Part shown: positions 1 through 9,211 of the stretch, in pieces
How positions within the stretch are numbered: position 1 is the stretch's first letter
Layout: every line of letters starts with the position of its first letter
DNA from: a virus
Taxonomy: Duplodnaviria; Caudoviricetes
IMG/VR virus record: IMGVR_UViG_3300047090_000046
Location: 1 to 39,835 of that record
Length of the DNA: 39,835 bases
Direction: 5' to 3' (one strand)
The notes under the pieces: generated by a model
What the model saw: only the letters and a program-made list of their open reading frames with translations
Database searches by the model: none
Told to the model about the DNA's origin: nothing
Position numbers and translations under genes: made by a program

Positions 1-126
1 CGCGACCGGAGTCGTCAACCTATGGGACGGCGCGATCCGATCAGGGAAAACCACGGCCGCCAACCTGGCGTGGCTGAACTACGTACGGACCGCGCCACCC
101 GGGCACCTGGCCATCATCGGCAAAAC
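1..126. repeat. Terminal direct repeat, left copy (circular-assembly overlap)
   Basis: 1-126 is identical to 39709-39834; only the final base 39835 differs from position 127. The terL frame runs through the junction. Confidence 0.95.
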
Positions 127-1204
127 CCTCGACACCATCGGTCGTAACGTCCTATCCGGGCTCAAACAACTACACCCGGACGCCGTGAAATTCCGAAGGC
201 ACTCAACCAGCTGTCACATCCTCGGTCGTGAGATCGAGCTGATCGGCGCCGGCGACCGCACCGCGGAAGAGCGGATCCGCGGGCTCACGTTGGCCGGGGC
301 GTATGTGGATGAGCTGACCCTGATGGATGAGCTGATGTTCCAAACCCTGCTCGGCCGGCTCAGTGGTGATGACTCGAGGATGTTCGCGACGACCAACCCC
401 GACACACCAGGGCACTGGTTGAAACGCCTCTACATCGACAGGGTGATGCGCGGGGAGTTGCCGGGTTGGAATATCTGGCGTTTCACGATGGACGACAACC
501 CCGGGCTCAGCGCGGCCCGTAAAGCGAGGTACGCGCGGGAACTCACCGGGCTTTGGTACCGGCGGATGTACCTCGGGGAATGGGTCGCAGCGGAGGGCGC
601 TGTCTTCGCGGATTGGGACCCGTCGTCGATGGTTGTGCAGTGGGCACGGTTGCCGGTGATGACCCGGTTGTTGGCGGCCGGCGTCGACTACGGCACGAAC
701 AACCCGACAGCTGTCGAGCTCCTCGGGCTAGGGATGGACGGGCGGCTGTACCTCGTGGATGAGTGGCGCCACGACGGCCGGATCTCCGGCAGGTGGACGG
801 ACCAACGACTGGTCAAAGGGATGCGGGAATGGCTCGAAGCCGACCACCTACCCGCCAACGACGGGCGGGCGGAACCCACGATCGAATGGGTCGTTGTCGA
901 CCCATCAGCGGCCAGCTTCCAGCAGGAATGCTTGGAGCAGCGGATCACGCGGATCACGAACGCTGACAACCGGGTGTTGCCCGGGGTTCAGCTGATGTCG
1001 TCGATGCTGTCGACGGACCGGTTGCGGATCTCCTCCCGGTGCCGGGGGTTGATCGAAGAAGCGCCGGGGTATTCGTGGGACCCGGACCAGGCAGCGAAAG
1101 GGAAGGACGCGGTGATCAAGTCAGCGGATCACTCACTGGACGCTGCCCGGTATAGCTTGCTCACGACTCAGCATTCTTGGCGTTCGTCGGTCCGTTCCGC
1201 TTGA
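2..1204 (+). CDS. terL: Terminase large subunit (PBSX-like), main part; true start is ATG 39671 across the junction, about 413 aa in total
   Basis: Frame open from position 2 with Walker A WDGAIRSGKT; Walker B GAYVDE; ATTNPD motif; RNase H-like nuclease motifs GVDYG, VDPSA and DHSLDAARY. Confidence 0.95.
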   Translation, partial: ATGVVNLWDGAIRSGKTTAANLAWLNYVRTAPPGHLAIIGKTLDTIGRNVLSGLKQLHPDAVKFRRHSTSCHILGREIELIGAGDRTAEERIRGLTLAGAYVDELTLMDELMFQTLLGRLSGDDSRMFATTNPDTPGHWLKRLYIDRVMRGELPGWNIWRFTMDDNPGLSAARKARYARELTGLWYRRMYLGEWVAAEGAVFADWDPSSMVVQWARLPVMTRLLAAGVDYGTNNPTAVELLGLGMDGRLYLVDEWRHDGRISGRWTDQRLVKGMREWLEADHLPANDGRAEPTIEWVVVDPSAASFQQECLEQRITRITNADNRVLPGVQLMSSMLSTDRLRISSRCRGLIEEAPGYSWDPDQAAKGKDAVIKSADHSLDAARYSLLTTQHSWRSSVRSA

Positions 1205-1236
1205 CTAACTACGATACGGCGCGTAACATAGTTCTT
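1201..1236 (+). promoter_or_regulatory. SigA-type leaderless promoter with operator copy
   Basis: TTGACT(1201)-17 bp-TAACAT(1224)-7 nt-ATG(1237); operator GATACGGCGCGTAAC at 1213-1227. Confidence 0.8.
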
Positions 1237-1479
1237 ATGACCAACACAGCAGCAAAGATCCCCGCCACCTTCGCAGCCCTCTTCACTCGGGTAGAGATCG
1301 CGGGCGGTGAGGTCGTTGCACTCAAGCCCCGTATGTGGCAGATCCGTTTGCCCCGGCGTTACACCGATGGCGTTCACCAAATCAACGTCGGAACGGTCGG
1401 TTACTACGTCCGCGACGGAAAGAACCAGGTGTCCGGTCACCGCGCTATCCACACGGAAATGAACCGTCGCGGGATGTGA
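1237..1479 (+). CDS. Small basic hypothetical protein (80 aa), moron-like insert between terL and portal
   Basis: ATG at leaderless-promoter distance; followed by its own terminator. Confidence 0.75.
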   Translation: MTNTAAKIPATFAALFTRVEIAGGEVVALKPRMWQIRLPRRYTDGVHQINVGTVGYYVRDGKNQVSGHRAIHTEMNRRGM

Positions 1480-1493
1480 CGCAGACACTCACC

Positions 1494-1530
1494 GGCCCCG
1501 CTCAGCACGTTTGAGCGGGGCCTTAGCTTT
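1494..1530 (+). terminator. Intrinsic terminator
   Basis: GGCCCCGCTCA/TGAGCGGGGCC 11-bp stem followed by TTAGCTTT. Confidence 0.75.
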
Positions 1531-1542
1531 ACCCTGACCTGT

Positions 1543-3129
1543 ATGCCGATCCCTGCCCCGGAAACCGAATGGCCGCCACCGCAACTGGCGCCGCTCATAC
1601 CGCACTACCGCAGGTGGTCAGCGTGGTATTCCGGGGACATCCCCCAACTGATCGACGCCTACGGTGGCTCACCGATCCGGCAACACCAGGAGAACCTGAC
1701 CCTTCCACCGGTCAGCGCGTCGTCGCAGTCACGGATCATGTGGGGCGACGCTCTCCCCGAAGGGCAGTCGGACGACCGTTGGCATGTGCCGATCGCGTCC
1801 GACCTCTGCTCAGCGGTCAGCGAGCTGGCGTTTTCGGATCCGCCGCAGATCAAGGCGACGGACCCCGCGGCGCAGGACCGCATCGCGGAGTACGTCGACG
1901 ACGGACTGTTCGACGTCGCAGCCGGCGGCACCGAGGTCGGGGCGGCGCTCGGCGGGCACTACCTGCAAGCTGTGATGCCCGACGACGCGGATCATGCTCA
2001 GCTTGAGTGCATCGCGTACGACGGGGCGTGGCCGGTGTTCAGTCGCGGCCGGCTCGTCAGCGTCGCGTTCTGGTGGGTGCTGGACGCCAGCAACAACACC
2101 GTGTGGCGGCACTTCGAGCAACACGAACTGGCCGGCGGGGATGGGGTGATCCGGCATGCTCTGTTCGAGGGCACCCCGTCGAACGTCGGCACCCGGATGC
2201 CGCTGACCGCCCGCCCGGAGACAGCGGTACTCGGCGCTCAAACGGAGGTCGTGATCTCCACGGGCCCGGGGTTGGACGTCGTTCACATCCCGGCCAGGTC
2301 CCCGCAGCGGTTGTGGCGGACGCATTCCCTCGGGCGGCACCTTGGCCGGTCAATTTTCCAAGGGCTTGAGCCGTCATTCTCGAATCTGGACAAGGCGTAC
2401 ACGTCGTGGATGCGTGACCTCGAACTCGGGCGGTCACGGCTGCTGATCGCCCAATACCTGCTCGAGCAGAACGGGCCGGGTGGGGGCGGCCGGTTCGACG
2501 CTGAACAGAAACTATTCGTGCCATTGGAGATGCAACCGAACATCGGCGCCGGCGGTGGGACGGACCCGATCCGGATGGTGCAGTTCGCTATCCGGGTGGA
2601 TGAGCACCAGAAAACCACGCAGGAGATCGTGGAAACAATCCTGCGGGGGGCGTCATTCTCGGCTCAGACGTTCGGTGAGGATGAGAACGGTAACGCGATG
2701 ACCGCGACAGGTGTTGTCTCGAAGGACAGCAGGACGATGCGCACAAGGCGCAGGATGCTGGCACCGGAATCGACAGGGTTGCAGATCATCGTCCGGAAGA
2801 TGCTGGCAATGGACGGCGTACCTGATGACACCGTCGATGTGTCGTTCCCTGACGGCGCGGAAGAGCAACCCTTGGTGATAGCGCAGACCGTGCAAGCGTT
2901 GCGGACAGCGCAGGCGATAAGCCTTGAGATGGCGGTTCGTATGCAGCACGAGGATTGGGACGACGACAGGGTACAGCTCGAGGTCGACGCCATCCAAGCT
3001 GAGACGGCGGCCACGGCGTTGGCTGACCCATTCGCCAGACCAACAGTCACGGCCGGCGGGCAGCAGCCGGCCAACCAGCAACCAGCGGACACCGGCCCGC
3101 CGATCACCCCCTTTCCCGGCACTAACTGA
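1543..3129 (+). CDS. Portal protein (SPP1/A118-like)
   Basis: 528 aa after terL; W..WYSGD, HVPIASDLC, WMRDLELGRSRL, IRVDEH and TATGV motifs typical of actinophage portals. Confidence 0.92.
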   Translation: MPIPAPETEWPPPQLAPLIPHYRRWSAWYSGDIPQLIDAYGGSPIRQHQENLTLPPVSASSQSRIMWGDALPEGQSDDRWHVPIASDLCSAVSELAFSDPPQIKATDPAAQDRIAEYVDDGLFDVAAGGTEVGAALGGHYLQAVMPDDADHAQLECIAYDGAWPVFSRGRLVSVAFWWVLDASNNTVWRHFEQHELAGGDGVIRHALFEGTPSNVGTRMPLTARPETAVLGAQTEVVISTGPGLDVVHIPARSPQRLWRTHSLGRHLGRSIFQGLEPSFSNLDKAYTSWMRDLELGRSRLLIAQYLLEQNGPGGGGRFDAEQKLFVPLEMQPNIGAGGGTDPIRMVQFAIRVDEHQKTTQEIVETILRGASFSAQTFGEDENGNAMTATGVVSKDSRTMRTRRRMLAPESTGLQIIVRKMLAMDGVPDDTVDVSFPDGAEEQPLVIAQTVQALRTAQAISLEMAVRMQHEDWDDDRVQLEVDAIQAETAATALADPFARPTVTAGGQQPANQQPADTGPPITPFPGTN

Positions 3130-4163
3130 TGTCCGCGGACCCGGCGGACGCTGACCCGCTGATCAACCCACTCACCGCGTTGTTCGCGGAGATCGAAGCG
3201 GTTGTGCTCGGCATCATCGCCCGTGGTGTCGTGGAGGGTTGGGCCGGGATCCGGGTCCGGCAACAGGTCGCGATCGCGCTCGCCGGCTACCCGCAGAGCA
3301 TCGCGGATCTCATGCTGGAGGCGCTCACCGCGGCACAGGCGGCGGGTAGTGCTGCAGCGTTGCGGGACGTGTCCGGCAGTGAGCATCACCGGATACCGAC
3401 CCCGGACCCGCGGCGCCCGACCAGCCTGCTAATGCAGATCGTGCGGCAGGCACCATCGTCGGCGGCGCGGATGCACCAGTCGGTCAACGACAAGGTCACT
3501 CAGGCGTTGATCGACAACCAGTTCGGCACCCGGAAAGACGCCGCAGCGGAGTTGCTGCAGGGCTACGCACGGAAGGGCATCACTGGTTTCACTGACGTAG
3601 CCGGTCGGAACTGGGACCTCGTCAGTTACGCAGAGATGGTCAGCAGGACCACGGTCGGTCAGACCGTCGTCGATTCGTACCTCGAACAGCTCGACGCGAA
3701 CGGTCAGGACCTCGTGATCGTGTCCGACGCACCGGAGGAATGCCCGCTATGCCGCCCATTCGAGGGTCGGATACTCAGCATCGGCGGGCCGGCTGGTCAG
3801 CGGGTCGTCGACGGCGTGAGGGTCGCTGTCCTAACCACGGTGGCGGCCGCGGTCGCTGCAGGGTTGCATCACCCCAACTGCCGGCACCGGTTGAACAGGT
3901 ACCAACCCGGGGTCACGAAACCGATCAAGGTGACCCGGGACCTCGAGGCGTCGAAACTCAGGGAGCAACAGAGGTACCGGGAGCGGCAGATCCGGGCGGA
4001 TAAGCGGTCGGTGTTGGTGGCGGAGGCGGCCGGCGGGAAGGGCTCGGCGGCGGCGGTGGCGGCTCGGGCGAAGTTGCGGCGTCGTCAGGCTGAGTTCAAG
4101 TTGTGGCGGGAGCAACACGACCGGAAAAACCTCACGGGTAGGACGTCGCTCAAGCTGCGGTGA
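3129..4163 (+). CDS. Minor capsid protein (Phage_min_cap2/MuF-related)
   Basis: GFTDVAGRNWDLVSYAEM, ECPLCRPFEGRIL, GLHHPNCRH and QRYRERQIR motifs; follows portal. Confidence 0.88.
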   Translation: MSADPADADPLINPLTALFAEIEAVVLGIIARGVVEGWAGIRVRQQVAIALAGYPQSIADLMLEALTAAQAAGSAAALRDVSGSEHHRIPTPDPRRPTSLLMQIVRQAPSSAARMHQSVNDKVTQALIDNQFGTRKDAAAELLQGYARKGITGFTDVAGRNWDLVSYAEMVSRTTVGQTVVDSYLEQLDANGQDLVIVSDAPEECPLCRPFEGRILSIGGPAGQRVVDGVRVAVLTTVAAAVAAGLHHPNCRHRLNRYQPGVTKPIKVTRDLEASKLREQQRYRERQIRADKRSVLVAEAAGGKGSAAAVAARAKLRRRQAEFKLWREQHDRKNLTGRTSLKLR

Positions 4164-4199
4164 TTACGCTGAGTGTCACCTACTAGCAGGAGGCATCGA

Positions 4200-4970
4200 A
4201 TGCTCGACACACGCGCGCTCAAGTCCATCATCGGGACCCGGAAGGATGGGCGCCCGATCTACCTGATTCAAGGCGCGGAGGACGACCCGGGCAAAGGGGC
4301 CGGCGGCGATGGCAGCGGCGCGGCAGGCGATGGGCAGGGAAGCGGAAGCGGTGATAGCGGAAAGCCTGCTGACGCTGACAAGGGCGGCGACGGAAGCAAG
4401 GACAAACCGTCCGGGAAATACGCGCACCTGACCGACATCGCAGCGCTGCAGGCCCTAGCGGAACGGCTCGATAACGAGGCAGCGACGGCCGGTCACCGCG
4501 CCCGGGAAACAGCGCGCAGCAAGGCAGCGGCCGACGCCAAGAAAGAAGCTCAGGCCGAGATCGCGAAACTGCTCGGGCTCACCACGGACGACCAGGATCC
4601 CGCCAAGCTGCAGTCAGAGGTTCAGCAACTCAGGGCGCAGAACATCGCCCGTGACCGTGAGTTGCTCGTGATCCGGGCGGCGCTCGCCCCGGGTATGGGT
4701 GTCGACGTCGCGCGGCTCACGGACTCCCGGTCCTTCATGTCGAAGATCGAGCAGGTTGACCCCAACGCTGACGACGCGACCGGAGAGATCACGGCGCTGA
4801 TCAAGGCTGCGGTAGCCTCTGATCAATCGCTCAAGTCAGCGCAGGTGCGCGGCTCAAGCATTGATCACGGGCAGGGTCCTGGTGACCAACACAATCCCGA
4901 CCTGTCGAAATTCCACGGCGCGGACGCGCTCGAAGGCGCATATGCCGCTAAGGCAAGCACATCCAACTAG
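4200..4970 (+). CDS. Capsid scaffolding protein
   Basis: AGGAGG before ATG 4200; G/D-rich linker then coiled coil; immediately precedes major capsid. Confidence 0.8.
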   Translation: MLDTRALKSIIGTRKDGRPIYLIQGAEDDPGKGAGGDGSGAAGDGQGSGSGDSGKPADADKGGDGSKDKPSGKYAHLTDIAALQALAERLDNEAATAGHRARETARSKAAADAKKEAQAEIAKLLGLTTDDQDPAKLQSEVQQLRAQNIARDRELLVIRAALAPGMGVDVARLTDSRSFMSKIEQVDPNADDATGEITALIKAAVASDQSLKSAQVRGSSIDHGQGPGDQHNPDLSKFHGADALEGAYAAKASTSN

Positions 4971-4985
4971 TAGGGAGATGGACCG

Positions 4986-5942
4986 ATGGCCGTAACACTC
5001 GCTCAGGCCGCAACGCTGAGCACCAACGATCTGCAGCGCGGCGTGCTCGAAGTGTTCGTGCAGGAGTCCCCGGTGCTCGACCGGTTGCCTTTGCTGTCGA
5101 TTCAGGGCAACGCCTACGCCTATAACCAGGAGGCGACGCTGCCTGGTGTCGCGTTCCGGTCCGTCAACGAGGCATACACGGAAAGCACGGGTGCGTTCAG
5201 TCAGGCGACGGAGTCCCTCGTCATCCTCGGTGGCGACGCGGACGTGGACCGGTTCATCGTGCAGACCCGCGGGAACCTGAACAACCAGCGGGCAGCGCAG
5301 ACCGCGCTGAAGGTCAAGGCAGCGTCGTACAAGTTTCAAGATCATTTCTTTAACGGTGACGTCACAGTGGACACCAAGGGCTTCGACGGTTTGAAAAAGC
5401 GGCTCACCGGTGGGCAGGTCATCGCGGCGGCGACGAACGGGCTCGCAGTGTCCGGGTCGCAGGCCATCGCGATGGCGTTCCTCGACCAGTTCGATCAACT
5501 GTTGGCGGCTGTCCCCGGGATCAACTCGACCAATGGCGCGATCTACGCGAACAGCGCGATCCTGCCGCGGCTGCGGTCGGCGCAGCGGTGGGCCGGCGGG
5601 TTCGACAGTGTCCGGGAGGACATCACCGGTAAGCGGGTCCTGACGTACAACGGGATTCCGATCCTCGACCCGGGCGATAACCTGGCCGGTGCCCGGATTC
5701 TGCCGCAGACGGAAACGCAGGGCACCGCGGTCGGCACGGTCAGCTCGGTTTACGCGGTGCGGTTCGGTTCGAGCGAGGCTGACCGGGCGGTGACCGGGTT
5801 GACGAACGGCGGGGTGATGGTCGACGACCTCGGCTTGCTGCAGTCGCAGCCTGTGTACCGGACCAGGATCGAGTTCTATTGCGGGCTCGCGGTGTTCGGC
5901 GGTAAGGCCGCCGCTCGTTTGACGGGTGTCCTCGCGACCTGA
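4986..5942 (+). CDS. Major capsid protein
   Basis: 318 aa after scaffold; SPVLDRLP, LPGVAFRSVNE, ILGGDADVDRFI, GFDGLKKR and RTRIEFYCGLAV motifs. Confidence 0.9.
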   Translation: MAVTLAQAATLSTNDLQRGVLEVFVQESPVLDRLPLLSIQGNAYAYNQEATLPGVAFRSVNEAYTESTGAFSQATESLVILGGDADVDRFIVQTRGNLNNQRAAQTALKVKAASYKFQDHFFNGDVTVDTKGFDGLKKRLTGGQVIAAATNGLAVSGSQAIAMAFLDQFDQLLAAVPGINSTNGAIYANSAILPRLRSAQRWAGGFDSVREDITGKRVLTYNGIPILDPGDNLAGARILPQTETQGTAVGTVSSVYAVRFGSSEADRAVTGLTNGGVMVDDLGLLQSQPVYRTRIEFYCGLAVFGGKAAARLTGVLAT

Positions 5943-5997
5943 GTTGGCCAGTACTTATATCCGTTGCACGGCAACAACTCTCGAAGGGCAAAGGATC

Positions 5998-6357
5998 ATG
6001 GCAGTCCGCAAGGAACAGGGATCTGTAGGGGCGAAGCAAGGCGACGCACCGAAGGAAACCCGGCTCGACACCGACGTGAACGCACCGGCGACCACGGCGC
6101 CGGGTGACGCACCGTTCGACACCACGGACCCCACGGAGAACGCGAGCACGATCACCCCGCAAGTCCCATCGGACGAGGCGATCAAGGCCGGCACGATCCT
6201 TGGGGCGATCCCAGTCGCAGCGCCGGCGGGTGTCCCGGACGTCGACCCGAAGGATGTTCGGACGGAGGAGTACGACGCGATCAAACCGGACGGTACGAAA
6301 GTCCGGGTGCGCCTGTACTTGGACGGTCCGAACAAGGGTCGAAGCGAGATCGTCTGA
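5998..6357 (+). CDS. Hypothetical acidic protein, probably virion head-associated
   Basis: AAGG-type RBS before ATG 5998; position directly after capsid gene. Confidence 0.65.
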   Translation: MAVRKEQGSVGAKQGDAPKETRLDTDVNAPATTAPGDAPFDTTDPTENASTITPQVPSDEAIKAGTILGAIPVAAPAGVPDVDPKDVRTEEYDAIKPDGTKVRVRLYLDGPNKGRSEIV

Positions 6358-6623
6358 TGACCGACGCTAATGAAGTTGAGGAGTTCGACGAGGACCCGGT
6401 TCCGGGTGATGCCGCGCCGCACGTCAGCTTGGGTTACCCGACACCGACCGGTTGGGCGTATGGCCCGTATGACCCTCACGGCGCGACGGTTGGTCACGCC
6501 GCGGTGGGTGAACCATCGGACATGCGGAAGGTCAAAGCCCCCGTCGACCCTGACCCTATTGATCTGGCCGGCCCGGATGTTCCGGTGGTCACAGAGGTAT
6601 CGGTAATCACCGGCACCTCTTAG
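6357..6623 (+). CDS. Hypothetical D/P-rich protein
   Basis: TGATG coupling to the upstream gene; 88 aa. Confidence 0.65.
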   Translation: MTDANEVEEFDEDPVPGDAAPHVSLGYPTPTGWAYGPYDPHGATVGHAAVGEPSDMRKVKAPVDPDPIDLAGPDVPVVTEVSVITGTS

Positions 6624-6757
6624 CTGTCGGTTGTGCTCGTTCTTGGGCCGTCCCGCAAGCATTCACTAGAGGCACCTATGGTCGGCTCGGGAATCTCACA
6701 CTGGCGGGGCACTCCGGATTCCTGTTATGAGCCGACCAGCGACGCGCAACTGATCAG
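6624..6757 (+). ncRNA. Candidate structured RNA element (multi-stem junction)
   Basis: Pairings read by eye: 6624-6640/6739-6757, 6679-6688/6729-6738 (perfect 10 bp), 6689-6695/6717-6723. Confidence 0.4.
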
Positions 6758-6773
6758 ACGGGAGGGTTAGGGA

Positions 6774-7199
6774 ATGGCAATCGCAACGTCAAGCGATGTG
6801 AGCGACTTCGACGGTTCCCTAACCCTGCCCGCGAACGTTGACCGGTGGCTGACCATCGCGGCAGGCCTGGTCGCTGACGCGGTCGCGTTGTCGGTGTATG
6901 TCCCGGACGTGGATGGGTTGCCGTCGTCGGTGCCGCACCGGGCGGCGATGCGTGACGCTGTGTCCGCTCAGGTCGCATGGTGGATCACGACAGGCGCGGA
7001 TCCTACCGGGGCGGGTGATTCGGCAGGCAGTGTCGTTGTGACAGCGAAGTCGTTGACCCCGGTTGGGTCCGTCAGTTACGACCCGCAAGCGCAGCGGGAA
7101 GCATCCGCGGCGAGGGCGGCCAGCACCCGGTACCTCTGCGCGGAGGCGTGGGGCATCCTGCGGCGCGCAGGGCTGGCACGGGCGGTCGTGGTCGGATGA
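6774..7199 (+). CDS. Head-to-tail adaptor
   Basis: Synteny; AMRDAVSAQVAWW, GSVSY and AEAWGILRRAGL motifs typical of actinophage adaptors. Confidence 0.78.
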   Translation: MAIATSSDVSDFDGSLTLPANVDRWLTIAAGLVADAVALSVYVPDVDGLPSSVPHRAAMRDAVSAQVAWWITTGADPTGAGDSAGSVVVTAKSLTPVGSVSYDPQAQREASAARAASTRYLCAEAWGILRRAGLARAVVVG

Positions 7200-7525
7200 C
7201 AACCGTATTCGCTGACCTCCTGACTGCTCACACCGTGTTGGTCCGGAAGTTCGTCGGGCAAGGCTCGTCAGGACCCCGGTACGCCGCCGGTGTGACCATG
7301 CAATGCACCGTGAACGAGCAAACCACGATCACAGTCAGCGCGGCGGGGAACGTCACCGGCACGGTCACCACGATCGCGTACCTACCCGAGCTGGCCGGGA
7401 TCATCAACCAAGGGTCGCTCGTCACGCTGCCGTCAGGGCGGGAAGCGGAAGTGATCTCCAATCAGGTCGCGACTGATGTCGGCCCGATCACCGGCATGAA
7501 TGCTGGGATCGCGGTGCTGTCCTGA
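7196..7525 (+). CDS. Head-to-tail stopper
   Basis: ATGA overlap; HTV.VR..G....GP.Y and GSLVTLP.GR motifs; synteny. Confidence 0.72.
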   Translation: MTTVFADLLTAHTVLVRKFVGQGSSGPRYAAGVTMQCTVNEQTTITVSAAGNVTGTVTTIAYLPELAGIINQGSLVTLPSGREAEVISNQVATDVGPITGMNAGIAVLS

Positions 7526-7890
7526 TGGCCAGCCGGTGGGATACGTCAGCGGTTGAGGCCCGGCTACGGGCGTTCGAGGCGGAGTGCAGGAAAGCTGCGC
7601 TCAAGGGTTGCGAGGACGCGGCCGACGAGCTGCTCACCAGGGCCAGCGAGCTATGTCCGATCGAAGAGGGCACCTTGGTCCGGTCTGGGCGGGTCGTCAC
7701 AGGCGAGACCGGGGCGGCGGTTGGGTTCGGCACCGGCGGCTCATCCGATTACGCCATCCCGCAGCACGAGCGGCTCGACTACCGGCACGACAACGGCCGG
7801 CAGGCGAAGTACCTCGAGCAACCTCACCGGGCGATGGCACCGGAGATCCTGCAGATCATTGGGCGCGCTGTGTCGCGGGTCGTCCGGTGA
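7525..7890 (+). CDS. Tail completion / HK97 gp10-like neck protein
   Basis: CPIEEGTLVRSG and YAIPQHERLDYRH...AKYLE motifs. Confidence 0.78.
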   Translation: MASRWDTSAVEARLRAFEAECRKAALKGCEDAADELLTRASELCPIEEGTLVRSGRVVTGETGAAVGFGTGGSSDYAIPQHERLDYRHDNGRQAKYLEQPHRAMAPEILQIIGRAVSRVVR

Positions 7891-8354
7891 CTGCGCCGAC
7901 CGGGCTCGAAACGTTGGCGTCGTCCGGGTGGGAAGCTGCGCTGATCATCGGGATGTGTGAGCACCTAGCGGACGTCACTGGTTGGGTCTACTCGGACAGC
8001 GTCGCCGGCACCGTCCAGTTGGCGCCGGTGAGCGTCCCTGACCAACCGGACCGGGTGTGCGTGGTCAACACCTACGGCGACGCCTGGCAGGACGCCACGT
8101 CCGCGATCGGCGGGGTGATGATGCAACTTCGGTTCAGGTCCCGCCGCGATATGCCGTTGGACGTGAAGGCCCTCGCTGCGATGGCGTTCGACCAGCTCCA
8201 CGGGGCGACGGAACTCACCCTAGGCGGGGTCCGCGTCCTCGGCGCCTACCGCGACTCGTTCGCGGAGCTCGGCCGGGACTCGACGCGCCGGTGGGAACGC
8301 ACCGACAACTACCAATTGACCGTGGCACTGCCCGCCACTAGCAACCGACAGTGA
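7887..8354 (+). CDS. Tail terminator
   Basis: GTGA overlap; PDQPDR, QLRFR, FDQLHG and LGRD..RRWERTDNY motifs; precedes major tail. Confidence 0.78.
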   Translation: MTAPTGLETLASSGWEAALIIGMCEHLADVTGWVYSDSVAGTVQLAPVSVPDQPDRVCVVNTYGDAWQDATSAIGGVMMQLRFRSRRDMPLDVKALAAMAFDQLHGATELTLGGVRVLGAYRDSFAELGRDSTRRWERTDNYQLTVALPATSNRQ

Positions 8355-8367
8355 GAGGATCAATGCC

Positions 8368-9069
8368 ATGACAGCACGTAACGCGCGGATGCGGAGTCAG
8401 GTTTACATCGCGAGCGTCCCGACCACCATCCGGGGTGTGAACTCGCTGGACTTCCCTCCGGTGACCGCGGAGATGGCCGACTCGTCATCGTTCGAGAACA
8501 ACGGTTATGCGTCGAATGAGACGGTCGCCGGTTCTTGGACTGCGACGCTCGGGATCTGGCGCCGCACTACCGCAGTCGGTGTGTACTACACAGAGCACGA
8601 GTACCTCCGGTTGCAGGCGTACGCCTTGTTCAACAACGCGAACCGGTTGGAATACCGGTTCTACGACATCGACGGCGGTCCGGAGGCTTTCCACGGGTTC
8701 GCGTACACGACGTGGAAAAACGAACCGGGCGACTGGAAAGCGCTGCAGAAGGTGACCATCACGTTGTCCGGTGATGGCCCGTTGGATCTGATCACTAACC
8801 CGGCGATCGGTTCGCAGATCCCCATCGTGATCAGCGCACTACCGTCTGCGCAGACCGCGGGGAATCAGGTCACGGTCCTTGGGAACAACTTCACCGGCAC
8901 AACCGGTTTGACCGTGAACGCGGTTGCGGTCGGTGCGGGGAAGTTCACCGTACTTAACGACAACACCCTCGTTTTTGTCATGCCCGCCGGTTCAGCCGGG
9001 GCGGGGAACATCATCATCACGAACGCCGCCGGCCCGTCCGCTGCGTACACCTATACGAGAGGGGCCTGA
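8368..9069 (+). CDS. Major tail protein with C-terminal IPT/TIG Ig-like domain
   Basis: Synteny; C-terminal PIVISALP..AGNQVTVLGNNFTG..FTVLND..VMPAGSAG..ITNAAGPS..YTY fits IPT/TIG. Confidence 0.85.
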   Translation: MTARNARMRSQVYIASVPTTIRGVNSLDFPPVTAEMADSSSFENNGYASNETVAGSWTATLGIWRRTTAVGVYYTEHEYLRLQAYALFNNANRLEYRFYDIDGGPEAFHGFAYTTWKNEPGDWKALQKVTITLSGDGPLDLITNPAIGSQIPIVISALPSAQTAGNQVTVLGNNFTGTTGLTVNAVAVGAGKFTVLNDNTLVFVMPAGSAGAGNIIITNAAGPSAAYTYTRGA

Positions 9070-9153
9070 CCTACAGGCCAGCAGTAACCGGCGCCCGTAG
9101 GAATCGCGAGACGGGGTCGGGGCGATCGCCGGAAGTCGCTCCGGTTCCTTACA

Positions 9154-9191
9154 AGACGACCTGTCCCCTATGCCGGGGGGCAGGTCGTTTG
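9154..9191 (+). terminator. Strong hairpin between major tail and chaperone genes
   Basis: AGACGACCTGTCCCC/GGGGCAGGTCGTTT stem. Confidence 0.55.
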
Positions 9192-9211
9192 CTATTCACA
9201 GGAGGTCAAGG

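Noticed and set aside
185-1204. GTG 185 as terL start
   Set aside because: Walker A lies upstream; the frame is open back across the junction to ATG 39671.
6624-6757. tRNA or hammerhead ribozyme
   Set aside because: No T-loop GTTCRA/cloverleaf and no CTGANGA plus GAAA core found.
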